From Azolla caroliniana (lineage: Eukaryota; Plantae; Polypodiophyta), in NCBI GenBank assembly GCA_043228905.1, contig JBHGNT010000003.1, forward strand, positions 21,018,001-21,082,000: a stretch of DNA of 64,000 bases, in the 5' to 3' direction. The translations under genes and the position numbers were made by a program. The notes beneath the pieces are model-generated. The model was not told the DNA's origin and made no database searches. It worked only from the letters and a program-made list of their open reading frames with translations. Positions 1 through 13,399 of this stretch are shown here, piece by piece; the stretch's first letter is position 1, and the number at the start of each line of letters is the position of its first letter.

Positions 1-542
1 TTATTTTGCCAATTCTTCTCCAGTTTTGCAATTCATGTGATATTTTAGCATTTAAATTCATTTTCCGTTTCTCTCTTTTGGGGGTTTTATGAACGGCATC
101 TGGAAAAATAGCAAAAACCCAGGGGCATTGATAGCAAAAGAAAACTTAGGGGTGTTCAGGAGTTTCTACCTTGCAGTAACCCCATAAAGTTTCTGAACTT
201 ACTTACAGTTTAATAGAGCATGCATAAGCGTATGCATGATAAATCATAAAACAGGGAATTATACATTGTTTGGTGCATATATAACAATAATAAATCCAGG
301 TCATTGACGGAAATAACAAAAAACGGAAGGGCATGGGGGTAGTGAAAGAAAATGCAAGGGAGTTTAGGAGTTTTTACCTTAACAGTAACTCCAGATTTGT
401 TCCCAAATGTACATATGCATGACAGTGAGACATGTCCCCAAATGGTACAATTGCAGATCTAGGATCTTGAAACATTTTCAAAATTGAATTAACTGTCCTT
501 TCTGATGCTTATTTCCCATTATGATCTGCATTATATGGGCAG

Positions 543-3297
543 ATCATCTTAGAATGGGACTCGCCACCTCAATCTGTTGCGATACTTACAAAGCCTAATT
601 CTGCTGAAGTGCAGGCCCTTTGTAAGGAGATGGTGAAGTATGTTCTCCCTTTCTGGTCTCAGAAATCATTGTTCAAAGTCGACCTTTCATGGAAAAAAAA
701 AGATTAAAATGTGGGGTTCTGTCTTTTGGTAGGTGGCTAAAGGAGGATAAAGGATTGAACATTTTTGTAGAACCACGTGTCAAGTTGGAGCTTCTGTCAA
801 GTAGTTCCTTTTACAGCTTTGTTCACACGTGGGAAAAAGGTATAGACTTACGGATGCTAGAGGTTGTATTTGCCATGATAAAAGAATATTTAGGAACATA
901 AATAAACAAAGAGAAGCAATGAGACATGTATGTTAAGTGTAATGTTTCTGCTTATCAAATCCAGAGAACCCTCCGTCTCTCTCTTTATAGCATGCTGTAT
1001 ATTAAATTTGAATGTGATTGGTGGTGGTAATAAACATAATCTCTGCTAGCTTTGAGATTTTCATACACTATGTGCTTTCATAAAAAATTCTTTGTTGTGA
1101 CACATGCTAATCTTGGAAGAGTGGATTGGACTTGGGTTTGATGCTAATGGTAATGCTAGGTAATAATGTTAAATCTTGAGTACAATGTAACCATGGGTCT
1201 CACAAAGGAATTGCATTAGGTAATGCCTATATTGGATTCTGATATGTATTTGGCCAACCCATGCCATGTGTAGATTATTTAATTGATTACATCCACTTGA
1301 ATAGGTGATGATGACATAACTGTAGAGCTCTTATTCTGCAGATCAATCTTGTAGGTGTAACTCTCCATATCTTTAAGACTGCCAATGTTCCTGTCTATTT
1401 CCCACCTTAAGATGAGGTGTTCACCAAAAGCTTCCCTCTTTCAGTTTTCCTCTGGCATCAGGATTCAAGTGGAATATTTACTTTGTTTAATATTATATCA
1501 AAAGCTTAAAAGAAAAACTCTTTCTGCTTTTATCAACGAAGAACTGGCTGGTATACCTTTAAATATTAATAAGTAAGTTTATCAGTGCAGATGAAGAGGT
1601 CCAAATGCTGCATAGCAAGGTTGATCTTGTTATAACACTAGGTGGAGATGGAACTGTGCTTTGGGTATGTATCAGCTTTGTCTTACAAAATTTCAGGAAA
1701 TATTGCTGTCAGATCCTCATACGTTTATAAACGTTCCAGACGGCTTCCATGTTCAAGGGACCTGTACCTCCATTGGTCTCATTTGCAATGGGGTCATTAG
1801 GTTTCATGACACCATTCCGTATCCTTTACTGTAAATAATGGCTGGTGTAATTTAACAAAACTTTTCTTGTAATTTAACTTTAACCATCAATAAAGAGAGC
1901 GATAGGTATAAAGATACACTCCAGAACATAATGAGAGGGCCATTGCATATCTCTCTTCGTTATCGTCTAAACTGCCGAATAATCAGGGCATCTGACCCTC
2001 CTGAGGAACCATGGGATACAAGAAAGATTTCAAGGGATTCACATATTGTTCTAAATGAAGTATCTATTGATAGAGGCATATCGTCTTTTCTAACTTTCCT
2101 GGAGTGCTATTGTGATAACTCATTCATGACTTGTGTTCAAGGAGATGGGTTGATTATTTCGACAACATCTGGGAGTACTGCGTATTCATTGGCAGCAGGG
2201 GGATCTATGGTACATCCTCAGGTATGTTACTCGTACTCAAAAACTATATCTGTGGATTGTTCTTTTAATGGTTTATTAACACTTTTTTCGAAACTAATAT
2301 CGTTTTCACACTTCTTATTGTGGAAACAAATGTTCATGTCTTAAATTCTGTAAACCTATTTCTTTAGGAGTAAATAAGTAATATTTATAAAATCAAAGAT
2401 TTGATGAATTCTAACCCCCCTCTTGATTGAGACTTTACCCATTCATAGCCTTACAGTTGCAAAGTACAGCTTTCAACACTATTTGTGTTTATACATTTGG
2501 GTTTTTAAGTTTCCAATAGAGTAACATTATGAATCTAGGAGGAATAATCTGTCTCTCATAAGTAATGTGTAAAGGCAATTCTTTCACATTGAGCGTCAGC
2601 ATGGGTATTATTATGAATGCACCAATCCTTTTAAAATTGTGTTTGTTGCCAGAGTCCACTGTTCACCTATGGAGTAGACGTAATAATTACATTGTATTTG
2701 GTTAAGGTGCGCGAGATCAATACTATACACAATGACGATAATGGAAAACTCTAAATATAGGGAATGATGTGTTGGATGTCTATTGGAATGAAGAAGGCAG
2801 AAAGGGGCCACCAAAATTAAAGATATAATTTATGAAACTGAATGCACCAAATCATTGCATGTGCTAAAATAAGGGCACAACAATTCTGATAAGAATTTCT
2901 TACATATTTATGTCACTGATTAGTGAATGTTAATGTTATGTTGATTGTGTTTGTTTTTGCTTATGTGTAGGTCCCTGGGATCCTTTTTACACCCATTTGT
3001 CCTCATTCTCTTTCATTTCGACCATTAATCTTACCGGAATATGTTACCCTTCGTGTGCAAGTTCCATTCAACAGCAGAGGTGATGCATGGGCTTCATTCG
3101 ATGGAAAAGATCGACAACACTTACAGGCTGGAGATGCCCTGGTGTGTAACATTTCTCTTTGGCCTGTTCCTACCACATGTGAAGTAGATTCTACTTATGA
3201 TTTCTTGCGTAGTGTGAGAGAGGGATTGCATTGGAATATGAGAAAAGCTCAGTCTAATGATGGTCCACGCGATGCGCAATCTGTGGACCATCTTTAG
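543..3297 (+). CDS. NADK1: NAD(H) kinase, NADK1-like; 3' part only, 5' exons lie upstream of the window
   Basis: Exons 543-637, 733-839, 1591-1664, 1740-1818, 1896-2221 and 2971-3297 join in frame across GT-AG introns. The product has the NAD kinase motifs [49 protein letters not shown] and [12 protein letters not shown]. Confidence 0.95.
1819..1895 (+). other. U12-type (minor spliceosome) GT-AG intron in NADK
   Basis: The 5' site GTATCCTTT matches the U12 consensus. A branch-like CTTTAACC lies about 10 nt before the terminal AAG with no pyrimidine tract, and removal restores the frame (MTPF-Q-SDRY). Confidence 0.85.
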
Positions 3298-5206
3298 AGT
3301 GACGATAACATGAAAACCAATTCATGTAGTCTTTTCTACATTCATGTATAATATTAAGGAACTAGCTCTAGCTACTACTTCAGCAAGTGTCATTTTTTCT
3401 GAAGTTGTAAAACTGTTTTCTGCTAACCCATATATAGCAACAAGTTGATGCCTTCTCAACTACATACAATCACAGATGGTACTAAGTTTCCATCAAAACT
3501 TATGTGCAATGTAAAATTAAGTTCTGGCCCCACATCGCCAGATCTATTTGTTTATGCTTCAGTATTAAAAAGGTTATGTTACAAACCCTCACTCATTTGT
3601 AAACTTGGCATTCTGATCTTTTGTACAAGTGGTACTCTGACCAATTTCAAAAACAATACGTCTTTGGTAAATACGCAAAAACATTTCCTGGAAATCTATG
3701 AAATGTATTTTTAAGCACTGTTGTCTAAGGGAGAGGTGATGCAAATACAAGACATGATTTTTGTTGGTTCATGGAGCACCGTTGTATATTTAGACCAGGT
3801 GAATGATTTATATTCAGAAGCTACATACTCTTTTGTTGTGTACAAGTGAATGTAATGGTGCATCATTCTTATTGGGGTATTTGCCTGCTCGACATAAACA
3901 CCATGAATACTTTGTCTGTCTTCATGTCATGGTACAAGACTACAAGTGATGTATGTGGATCTTAAATGTGCATTGGTGAGTCACTGTTTACCAACTTGAT
4001 CCAAGTGTCAAAAGCTCTCTTAAAATAAAGACACATCTGCTATCTTGTAATGCTTGCATCAAGTGATGCCATGGTTCTAGACTGGGTTAAATATTATATT
4101 GATGAGCTAAACTTTGCTGAATATACAGTTGGATGCCAAACTGGAAATCACTAACCTTTTATCGGGGGATATGTCCATCCAACACATGCAAAGATCACCA
4201 GTCTGAATCTCATGCAGAGTGTACATTGTAGACAAGCCAAGTGTTCCATTTAAGTATTTGGTTTAATGTCTATTGTGTTTATGGGGCCAATTCTTGTAAA
4301 GTTCCTCATTACAAGCTTAATGACTATATGGTTTCTACTATATTGTGAGAACACAAAATGTTAGTACCGAATATGGAACCAGGGACCATGATGGTAAATG
4401 GGCAATAATCCACCAAGAATATGATTGTAAATTATAATTTAAGATGTCCAAAGGGTCATATTTTTGAGAATCATGGGTAAGCATACTCAGGCTAAAAAAG
4501 TTGTGATACTAGTGGAAGTGTTTAGCATTGATACTGATTACATTATTATGGGAGAATATGTGCACTTTACAAGAAGTCGAATATCCTCACCAAATCGTTC
4601 TTTGAGTGCAACATAATTTAAAACTTGTTGGTCATACCAATGGGAAACATGCAAGAATATCGATGCCTCTATTGTTTGACCCTCCTAGTAATCATGATTG
4701 TGTATCATTATGTTAGTGGCGCACATGGCTGAATATTATTATCAATTCCTAAGGGTTAAAGATCAACATTTAACATCATCTAGAGGTATATTGGAAAGAT
4801 GCTTGTTACAATCAATTGTGTTTAACTCTCAATTAGAAGTCTACATGCTATGAACATATGCAAGTAAATTTTGCGTCATTTGGGGGTGTTATGAAAGTTT
4901 AGTTATGATTGTATGCAACATGTGGCTACAAAGTTTCTTCCATTTATGGTCATGCATGGGCTTCAACCACGATTACCAAAGATGACTGATGCCCTAACTC
5001 ATTTGGACATATATCCATTGTTTCAAGTTAGTTGTTGAGGAAACTAGTTGGACAATATACCACCATGGTAGATAATCATATTTAAGCTTTATCGTATAAG
5101 ACCTTTGGATTCTACTATGTGAACTCCAACATATACTAAATTTTCAGTTGCAAAATGACAAGTTCTTTTTTAATGGAAGCACAAGTTTAAGGTCTAGCAT
5201 TATCTC

Positions 5207-5669
5207 ACAATTGGTTTTCACGGCAACTTAACGGTTTCATCGGTTCGGTTCGGTTCGGTTCAGGTTTAGGTTTTTTTTAATGGTTCGGTTTGGTTTCAGC
5301 AGTAAAAAACCGCGGTTTAACGGTTTTTAATTATTTTTTTTAAAAATTTAAAAATTTGAAAAAAATTCTAAAAAATTTTAAAAATTGTTTTTAAACAATC
5401 TTTTCATTTTTACTCTTATTCTCACATTTTAGGAACATCTTAAAAATTTTAAAAATTCTAAATAATGAAATATTATAAATTTAAAAATAAATAAAAATAA
5501 ATAAAAATAAATTTGACCTATGTTGAAAACCGAAACCGAACCATGAAACCGCGGTTTTTACAATTTAAAAAGGTTTAACGGTTCAGTTTAAAGGTTTCGT
5601 GGTTCGGTTCGGTTTGGTTCAAGCTTCAACATTTTTAACCAAACCAAACCGAGCCGTTGCCGATTGTTA
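5207..5669. mobile_element. MITE, second copy of the hAT-type family at 19973-20394; left end degenerate
   Basis: Shares the AT-rich core (aacaatcttttcattttta..ttattctcacattttaggaacatcttaaaaatt), the GGTTC/AACCG subterminal repeats and the right TIR ccgttgccgattgtta with the other copy. No TSD recognised. Confidence 0.8.
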
Positions 5670-6510
5670 GGTCATATGATGTCCTTGGTCCTACAATTGT
5701 GGAGGTGCAACGTAGATATCTAGGATTTAGCAAGGTTTACAAGTTATGAGTATAATGTATGGAGCAATAGGTTGTAGTACAACCAAAGGGTTGTTGGGTA
5801 TGGTGAATACATATGGAAGTTCATGTTTAGCTAAGGAAGCTAGTGATACCTTTGGAGAAATAAATGCAACCTTGAATGCTTGGAGGATAATAACACTCTC
5901 AAATAGCATATTCTTACTTCGCACTTCATCCAATCATCCATTTTGTGGAGTCACCATATTCCAAGACCTTTGTCATCAAATTTGAGCTCATGACAATGTA
6001 TCTTAGTCAATAGTATCTTTGCCCCTTAATGCACATTAGTAGGAAGTTGTCATATCTATTAAATAAAGTAACTTCATGTGTAGTATATGAATGGGCTTCT
6101 AGAAGAAATACCAAATCATAGACCTTTGCAAAACATGTGGAAAATGTTCCTAATGACAAAGTGTTGTCTAACGCTCGTAAGTTTGATCTTTAGAAGGTAG
6201 ACAAAATAGTAAATGCTAGAAGTATATTACATATTTAAGTTTTAGGCAAATTTAACATGGTTGCCTTTTTCTCTTTAGCTTATTGGTGTATTGAAAGTCT
6301 TACATTCAATCCTTGATGGATGAAAATAGCATGTGACTTATCCCAATCAATATACATATTGTGACTATGTTGAATACTCAACATAAACATGCATTCAACT
6401 TTGTCCAAGCATTTTTTATGGTGACACCCTTGTAATATAAAGGTCCTATGTTAATTCCTTAGTGAGGTAAGCAAAAGCATATAGATCATAAAAGTATGAT
6501 GAATACTTTT

Positions 6511-7929
6511 TTTTTCCAAAAAAACACTACTTCGCATTAGTTAGCAAATAGAATAAAACACAGTTTACCCAAATCCACAGTGGGATCAACATATACAACT
6601 CGGAGGAACAACTCCAAAACTATAAAAACAAAAAAACCAAAACTCACACGACCCTTAACTCAAACAAAACTGAAATAAACCCCATTTTACCCTGACTCTA
6701 CTTCTCCCAACGAACTCTTTTATAACAAAGTTATCTGGGTAACACGACTATATTAACCCACTTGTGCTTTAGCTACACATACATAATTACATCCCATGTA
6801 CAAAATTGGGAGCCATTGGCGAAAACAGTCACCTAGGCGCTTGGTAATTCCACTTAGGCCTCGTCGAAGATTTGACCATCATGGGAGAACCACCCCATTT
6901 CAGCAAGAACTTTGACCTTGCCCTTTCTGCTTCATCTGATTCCCCCTGAATCGAGTCATATCGTCCGCGCAACCAAGCCACAAGCTTAAACTAGATATTT
7001 AACATCACCTCCCCACATGAGAGCTTTTGCTGCTGAAAAACAAACTTACAACTCTTGGTCCAAATGTGCCAGACCGATAAGCATGCACGATTCGAAGGCG
7101 TCTACTCCAAATGTTAATCGCCTCTATACAATTCCAAAAACACTTAGAGATTGATTCCAATGCATGTCCACATAAATTACAAGCAACCTCACCACCACAG
7201 GAACTCAACCACGCCACAACCAAGTCTTTATTTTTTCTGGTGTATCCAATGCCCATAGTCTCCTCCAAAATGACTTCAGATCATCATTTGATATGCCTTT
7301 ATCCTTCCAACTATTGCGAATCATTACAACACCCACCCCTTTGGAGCCAATGATTTGTCTTCCTAACTTAGTAGTGTACTCAAAAAACTTTTTCAAGTTG
7401 TTTGTTCCCAATGTCTGCCACCATACCTCCAATGGATCCCACTCCAAATCATATAAGGGTTTTTTGTCGAAAAGCCATATTTTACATCCCTGATCAAGTG
7501 TCATAGGGTTTGGGTTCAATTGCCACCTCTTATGCTCTAACACTGTCACCCCCACTGCCAACCACCTGTTTGTCAATGAACTTAGGTTACCCCACAAACG
7601 CTCCTCGTTAATTGAGCACCTACCACAGATAAGTTGTTCATCACCCTCACCTATAAACCAACCTAACCAAATTGCTTCTTCCGCGTTCAACTTACCTAAT
7701 CCATCAACGACCTTATCTATCATTTAGGTCACCTTCGCTAGTCTTCCAATAAACCTACAACTAACAGCGTGTCCCTCTGCCTCTTCATGCTGAAGACCTC
7801 CCAATCATGTACCAACCTAATCATGTACCTTAGCATCCTCCCCCAAGCCAAGTATTTTTTCTGTCCAAGCATCATACCGTCTTCACTTCTAATCCTAGGG
7901 TTCCAAAACAACGGTTGTCGTAGATGTTC
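6511..7929 (-). mobile_element. 5'-truncated L1-like LINE (copy D)
   Basis: Minus-strand ORF2 remnant (PLYDLEWDP..FFEYTTKLGR, zinc finger CNLCGHALESISKCFWNC, C-terminal LRGRYDSIQGESD..KWNYQAPR). Poly(A) reads as T-run at ~6507-6515; TSD AGTATGAT(G/T)AATACTTTT at 6493-6510 and 7930-7947. Confidence 0.88.
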
Positions 7930-7947
7930 AGTATGATTAATACTTTT

Positions 7948-8643
7948 TCTTTTTTCTTTTTTCTTTTTTATAGAAGATATCCTGTAATTAGTGTAATCAT
8001 TTTTACAAGATTTTAAATTCTATGTGATTTGTGGGGGAAACAACCGTTTCAGAGGTTGAAAATGCCAATAAGGATTACCATAATTGGATGTCATGAATGG
8101 AGTAGCTTTCCATATAATGATAAATTCACGTCGTTGAGCAATTTTAGCATCAGAATCTCCAACAATACCATCCCATTATCCCTTCAAAGTATGAACTATG
8201 TCTAACCAAATATTTGAAACCAATTCAATCGGTGGTGTTTCAAGCTAACGTTAAATGAGAGAGCACCGAACCTTCCAAATGTGATATATAGTGGTACTAC
8301 TCAGTATCTCCCATATTGGTTGAACTTCCTTTCGTGTTCCTGCAAACTGTAATGACAACACTGGTAATGTATGACCATTTTCAGATTTAGTGTAAAATCC
8401 ATGGTCCATAGATTCAGTGTCATAATGAAATGCATCATAGACGAGATGTCCAAACCACCATGCCCCAAGTGAAAACCAATGGGGGGAAATAGTTAGCAAA
8501 AATTCTAAGGAGACGTTGCCATATTAGTTGAGACTAAGTGCATTCCCATAAGTAATGTTTTTGAGTTTCCATTTGTAAATGGCATCGTGCACAAGTAGAA
8601 GCTACTCCCATCCTATGCAACCATGTGCCAACCGGCAAGGCTC
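7948..8643 (-). mobile_element. 5'-truncated L1-like LINE (copy E)
   Basis: ORF2 3' remnant (WEILSSTTIYHIWKVRC; IWLDIVHTLKG..GDSD..RLFPP). T-rich tail at 7944-7969; TSD GATGAATACTT at 8644-8654 matches 6498-6508. Confidence 0.85.
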
Positions 8644-10054
8644 GATGAATACTTAATATAACATGGGTATAACATGTGGTTAGATTTTACACAAAAAACT
8701 TTATTGTGTGCGGTGTTATAGACTTTAGCCTCATAGGAGGAAGTCTACATTTTGCCATGGGGAAAATTTTATCCACTTGATTGAATGTGCGCATGAGTCT
8801 CTCCCACTAATCATAGTAGCTTGTATGCAAGAAAGAACAACATTAAGCTTGATTATAATGGCTAAGATCTCTTCAACTTTACAATCTAATTCAAAACAAC
8901 AATTCTAAGAAGTTATGCAGAGAACATAAAAAAACTCTAATGAGACAACTCATTAGCAAGTTAGTTATAGGAATTACATCTACAACACACATTCTAGATC
9001 AAGTTAGTTTTAGGTTTGTTGTAAGTCATAAATGCATTTGTATCATCAAGCATCGATGAGTGAGGATATTTGGAGAATTTATTTATGACTATCAATGGCA
9101 TACCCACCTCATACGTGACACCATGGCATGCACCATGATTAGTTAGATTCCATCGATAGTGCATGGAAGCCTAAACTTTTCCAAAAGTGATGCATGTATA
9201 GTGATACATGCATGCAACTACCTTTTTGTAGAGCTATGGCTATATATTAGATGCCTTAACTAATACATGTACATGCCTCTCTCCTTTTTTGTCATCAACC
9301 CTTTTTTATTTATGGACCGGAGGCAATCTGGTTATGGATTTTGATATCTCAAAATCCTTCTACAATTTGCCCATTCCTTCTTCTTCTTCTTCTTCTTCGT
9401 CTGTTTTCAACTTCAATTACTGTTTTCATTTCTTGCTCCAATTCTGCTTTTATTTGTCCAACAACTTACACTTGAGTAGCATTCTCATAGTTGTCACTCA
9501 AGGTTGTCAATCAATAAAGCTAAGAGACTTAAAAGTGTAACACTATTACACTCATTATAGATTCCAAAGTAGAAATGACAAAAATATATTCATGGACTCT
9601 ACACGAGGGTTTGCATTGGACAAATAGCTAATATTGCGCCATCTAAGTTGTAATCAAGAGGCTGTGTGAACCATTCCTTCTAAGCCTAATGTCAAGAGTC
9701 ATGAGAGTAGCGCAAATCTTTGTACTAACATCTTGGTGAGACATGGATTTATTAAGGACAAACCCAAATCTAGATGTTATTCCTATGTATATGTGAATGT
9801 CTTGAAAATCTTAAAACCCAAATTTATCCATCTATCTACATGTAAAGAGACATGTAGTAAATAAGAAAGGCTTGAATGTCCGAACTTCAAGTTAGTTATG
9901 CAGTACTGAGTAAAGCCATTTGTGAAACAACTTCGAATCGGACACAAGTGAGATGTAAGCCGGCGATGAGATAAATACAATTGTGCGAGCATTATTAGGA
10001 TCTGACAAGCGAAACACACAAATTGACGAATCAACCACATGTTCGCCCTTTTTT

Positions 10055-10058
<4 letters not shown>

Positions 10059-10115
<57 letters not shown>
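10059..10115. repeat. (AG)n microsatellite
   Basis: Perfect dinucleotide run downstream of the GASA gene. Confidence 0.95.
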
Positions 10116-10120
<5 letters not shown>

Positions 10121-10421
10121 ACTACTACTTAATGAGATGTGTGTGTGTGTGTATCCATTGAGAAGACAAAACTTAATAATAAAATTATTATTGTTATTTT
10201 AAATTTTTTAATAAATTAATAGGCAAGAAGATGAAGAAGACAAAAATAAAAGATCAAATATGTAAATAAGTGCAAATACATAATAAGATTAAAAACAAAA
10301 ATGATCCAAAATTCCCCTAAAATCTCTATTTTGTGGGGGCAGATGAATTGTTTATTTGAGAAAAAGAAAAAGAGAACAAAAAAATAGAGCACGCAGGGGT
10401 GACCGGGTGACTGGCTAGGTT

Positions 10422-11777
10422 TCACGGGCATTTGCCGGTGCCTTTGGAGTTCTTGAGCCCCGCGTAGCAGGGGCAGACGGCTCGGTTACCGGCTGTCCCC
10501 GGCGGCACGCACTTACAGATCCTGCAGCAGGCGTTGCAGCTCCTGAAGCAGAGCTTCTGCCGGCTGGCCTTGCTGCACCTGTACCCGCACTTCCCTCCGC
10601 ACCCTGCCACATCATGCCCAAATTTCAGGATGATGATAATGATGATGCCACATCATGCCCAAATTCAGGATGGATGATAATGATGATACCACATCATGCC
10701 CAAATTCAGGATGGATGATAATGATGATGCCACATCATGCCCAAATTCAGGATGGATGATAATGATGATGCCACATCATGCCCAAATTTCAGGATGGATG
10801 ATAATGATGATGCCACATCATGCCCAAATTCAGGATGATGATAATGATGATGCCACATCATGCCCAAATTCAGGATGGATGATAATGATGATGCCACATC
10901 ATGCCCAAATTCAGGATGATGATAATGATGATACCACATCATGCCCAAATTCAGGATGGATGATAATGATGATGCCACATCATGCCCAAATTCAGGATGG
11001 ATGATGATGATGATGATGATGCCACATCATGCCCAAATTCAGGATGACAACGACAACGATGATGCCACATCATGCCCAAATTCAGGATGGATGATGATGA
11101 TGCATATACATTATGTAATGTTTTTGTTCCTGCTATGTTTTATATACTTTGGGAGGGGGCTTACCAAATCTGGAGAGCAGCCTGCCATGATCATTAAGTT
11201 GCATCAACAACCCTTGCTCAGCATCACATGATGATATGGCCACCATTGCCTGTACAACAATCCAAATGGAACCAAACAGATTGAATGCACTAGAAATATC
11301 CACACACACATACATGCATGCATGCGGGCATGCGGGCATGCATGACCTCCCATGCTCTTAAACATGGTCACTCATGGGTCTCAATTAATTAATCTACCAA
11401 TATTCACCACCCCAATGGATTGTTAGGGTAGTATGCATGGGTACCATTTAAACCAATGGTCAAATTAATATCCATGGGCACCCATGGCATGGATGGGCAA
11501 TGTGCATGTATTTTTTTTCCACACACATTGCCCACCCATAGCATGGATAAGTTAGTTTGCATGCATATATGCATGGCTTGGCACTTCATGGAATTGCATT
11601 TTGATATGCAATGTGCATGCATCATGTTGATGCTAAAGGAGGGTTTCCATATCAAATGATCCATGTTGGCCTATGAAGGTTTCATATTACATATATATGT
11701 AGAAGAAGAAGATTTACCAAGAAAAACAGAGCGAAGATGAAGAGAGACGAAGACATGGAGAGCTTAGAGAATGCCAT
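10422..11777 (-). CDS. GASA/Snakin family cysteine-rich secreted peptide
   Basis: Exons 11777-11718 (MAFSKLSMSSSLFIFALFFL, signal peptide), 11249-11165 and 10603-10422 join in phase. The C-terminal domain has the 12-Cys GASA pattern C-x3-C-x3-C-x8-C-x3-C-x2-CC-x2-C-x-CVPPG..C-x-CY..KCP. Confidence 0.95.
10606..11102. repeat. Minisatellite of 12 x ~41 bp filling GASA intron 2
   Basis: Unit GCCACATCATGCCCAAATTCAGGATG(G)ATGATAATGATGAT counted 12 times; units nearly identical. Confidence 0.95.
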
Positions 11778-13399
11778 TGTGTGTGTGTGTGAGTGTGTGG
11801 GTAGGTGTTTGTGAAGACTTAACACTTGAGAAGGACATAAAGACCAATAGCATGGCCTTCATTCTTATAGAAAAAAACAACACATTTTCACCTAGAGGGC
11901 AAAGAGGATAATTCTTAGATATACAAGATTTTACTACGACTTTGTTTTTTATGAGTATTTAATAAAAGACACGAAGTGAAAGGATAAAGAAGAAAAAGGG
12001 TGGGGGGTTTGTAAAAACCCTAAAAACCCACTCCTTTCAAGTGATGCAATGATTATATTATTAATCTTTGGTTTGTCGCTTGATTAGGGGCCATGCTTTG
12101 ACTAACATTCAATGGATTATTTCGGAAATAAACGCTCTTCGAATTCCTAATACATATACACGTATTTTTGGTAAGTTTCCCCTTCACGGAATTAAATGGG
12201 TGAAGTGAAAGGACAAATGCCTTTGTGACACGTGTCATGCCAACAAGACTGTATAACTGGCATCCACTCACCCCGTGTTCCCTCCCCCCTAAAAAAAACC
12301 CAACCATCACTTTGTACTCTAGAAATTGTTCACCCTCTTGCACTACCTTTACCATCTCTCTTTTCAATGCGTGGTTCCCTCATGTAAAGAAAGCAAGTGA
12401 GAGGATCCTCTAGTAAAATATCTGGATAGTTGGGTTTCTAACCCGCATGGCATCAATAACAATATGGCATAAACACGAAAAGAGAGATGAATAGATACAT
12501 AGATTTTATTATTGCCTTGGGAGGTGAAGTATGACCTCTAGAGACTAGTACCAAAATTGAGACATTTTTACATATTATTTCTGGAATTGAATAGTGATTC
12601 TTGTTGTTTGAGAATTTACTTATGAGCATTGCAATCAAGAGTGAACATTGTGGTGATGAGAGGAATGTATTTTGGGAGAGTGTTCAAATTGGCAATGTGG
12701 AGGAAGGTAAGCTCAAATGTGGGTCAAATGTGGTGCATTGTATCAAATTTAACATTCTTGACTCTTGAATTCATCCACAGCAAAATATGCATAGTCGATA
12801 AGTCTCCTCACAAATGCCCCATCTCACATAGAAGAGCATGTTAACCAAGTCATATGAAAGCACGGATGTAGAGGTCAGACAATGTGATAAGGTTCTAGCA
12901 TGTGATCTTTGAGTGTGCTTTCGTTGTTTGAAGAAAAAGATAGTTTTGTGGTAGTGGTTTGTTTACGTGTGTCAACACATTTCCTTAACCATGATATATT
13001 GACGTTACAAAAAAATCTCATTCACAAAGGAATGTATTGATGCATCATGCATGGATAGAAGACATGAAAATTTTGTTTGGAAAATGGGATGGATCACATA
13101 TTCCAATCTATTTATTTATATCTCACATTCATCGATACCCAAATTTTTACCTTCGCATGTCGTTTGAATCTTTTTACTTCATTGTCATGTACTTCTAGGA
13201 AGTCAATGTGCAAGTTTTTTAGCCTTAAGCATGTACTCAATAGCCTTTTCCATAAACATAATCTTAGTGGGAAGTAATCCATATTCAAGTAGGAGCATGT
13301 ATGGGTTTTTGTAACTTGACTTCAAGAAGCTTCATAAGAAAGTGATTTTGAAAATTTTCAAAGTCTTTGCAAGTGAACTTAGGAATGCTTCAACCCCAC

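Noticed and set aside
10606-11102. CRISPR-like array, or the ORFs 10696-11004 and 10941-11231
   Set aside because: There are no unique spacers, the context is a eukaryotic intron with no cas genes, and the ORFs are translations of the minisatellite.
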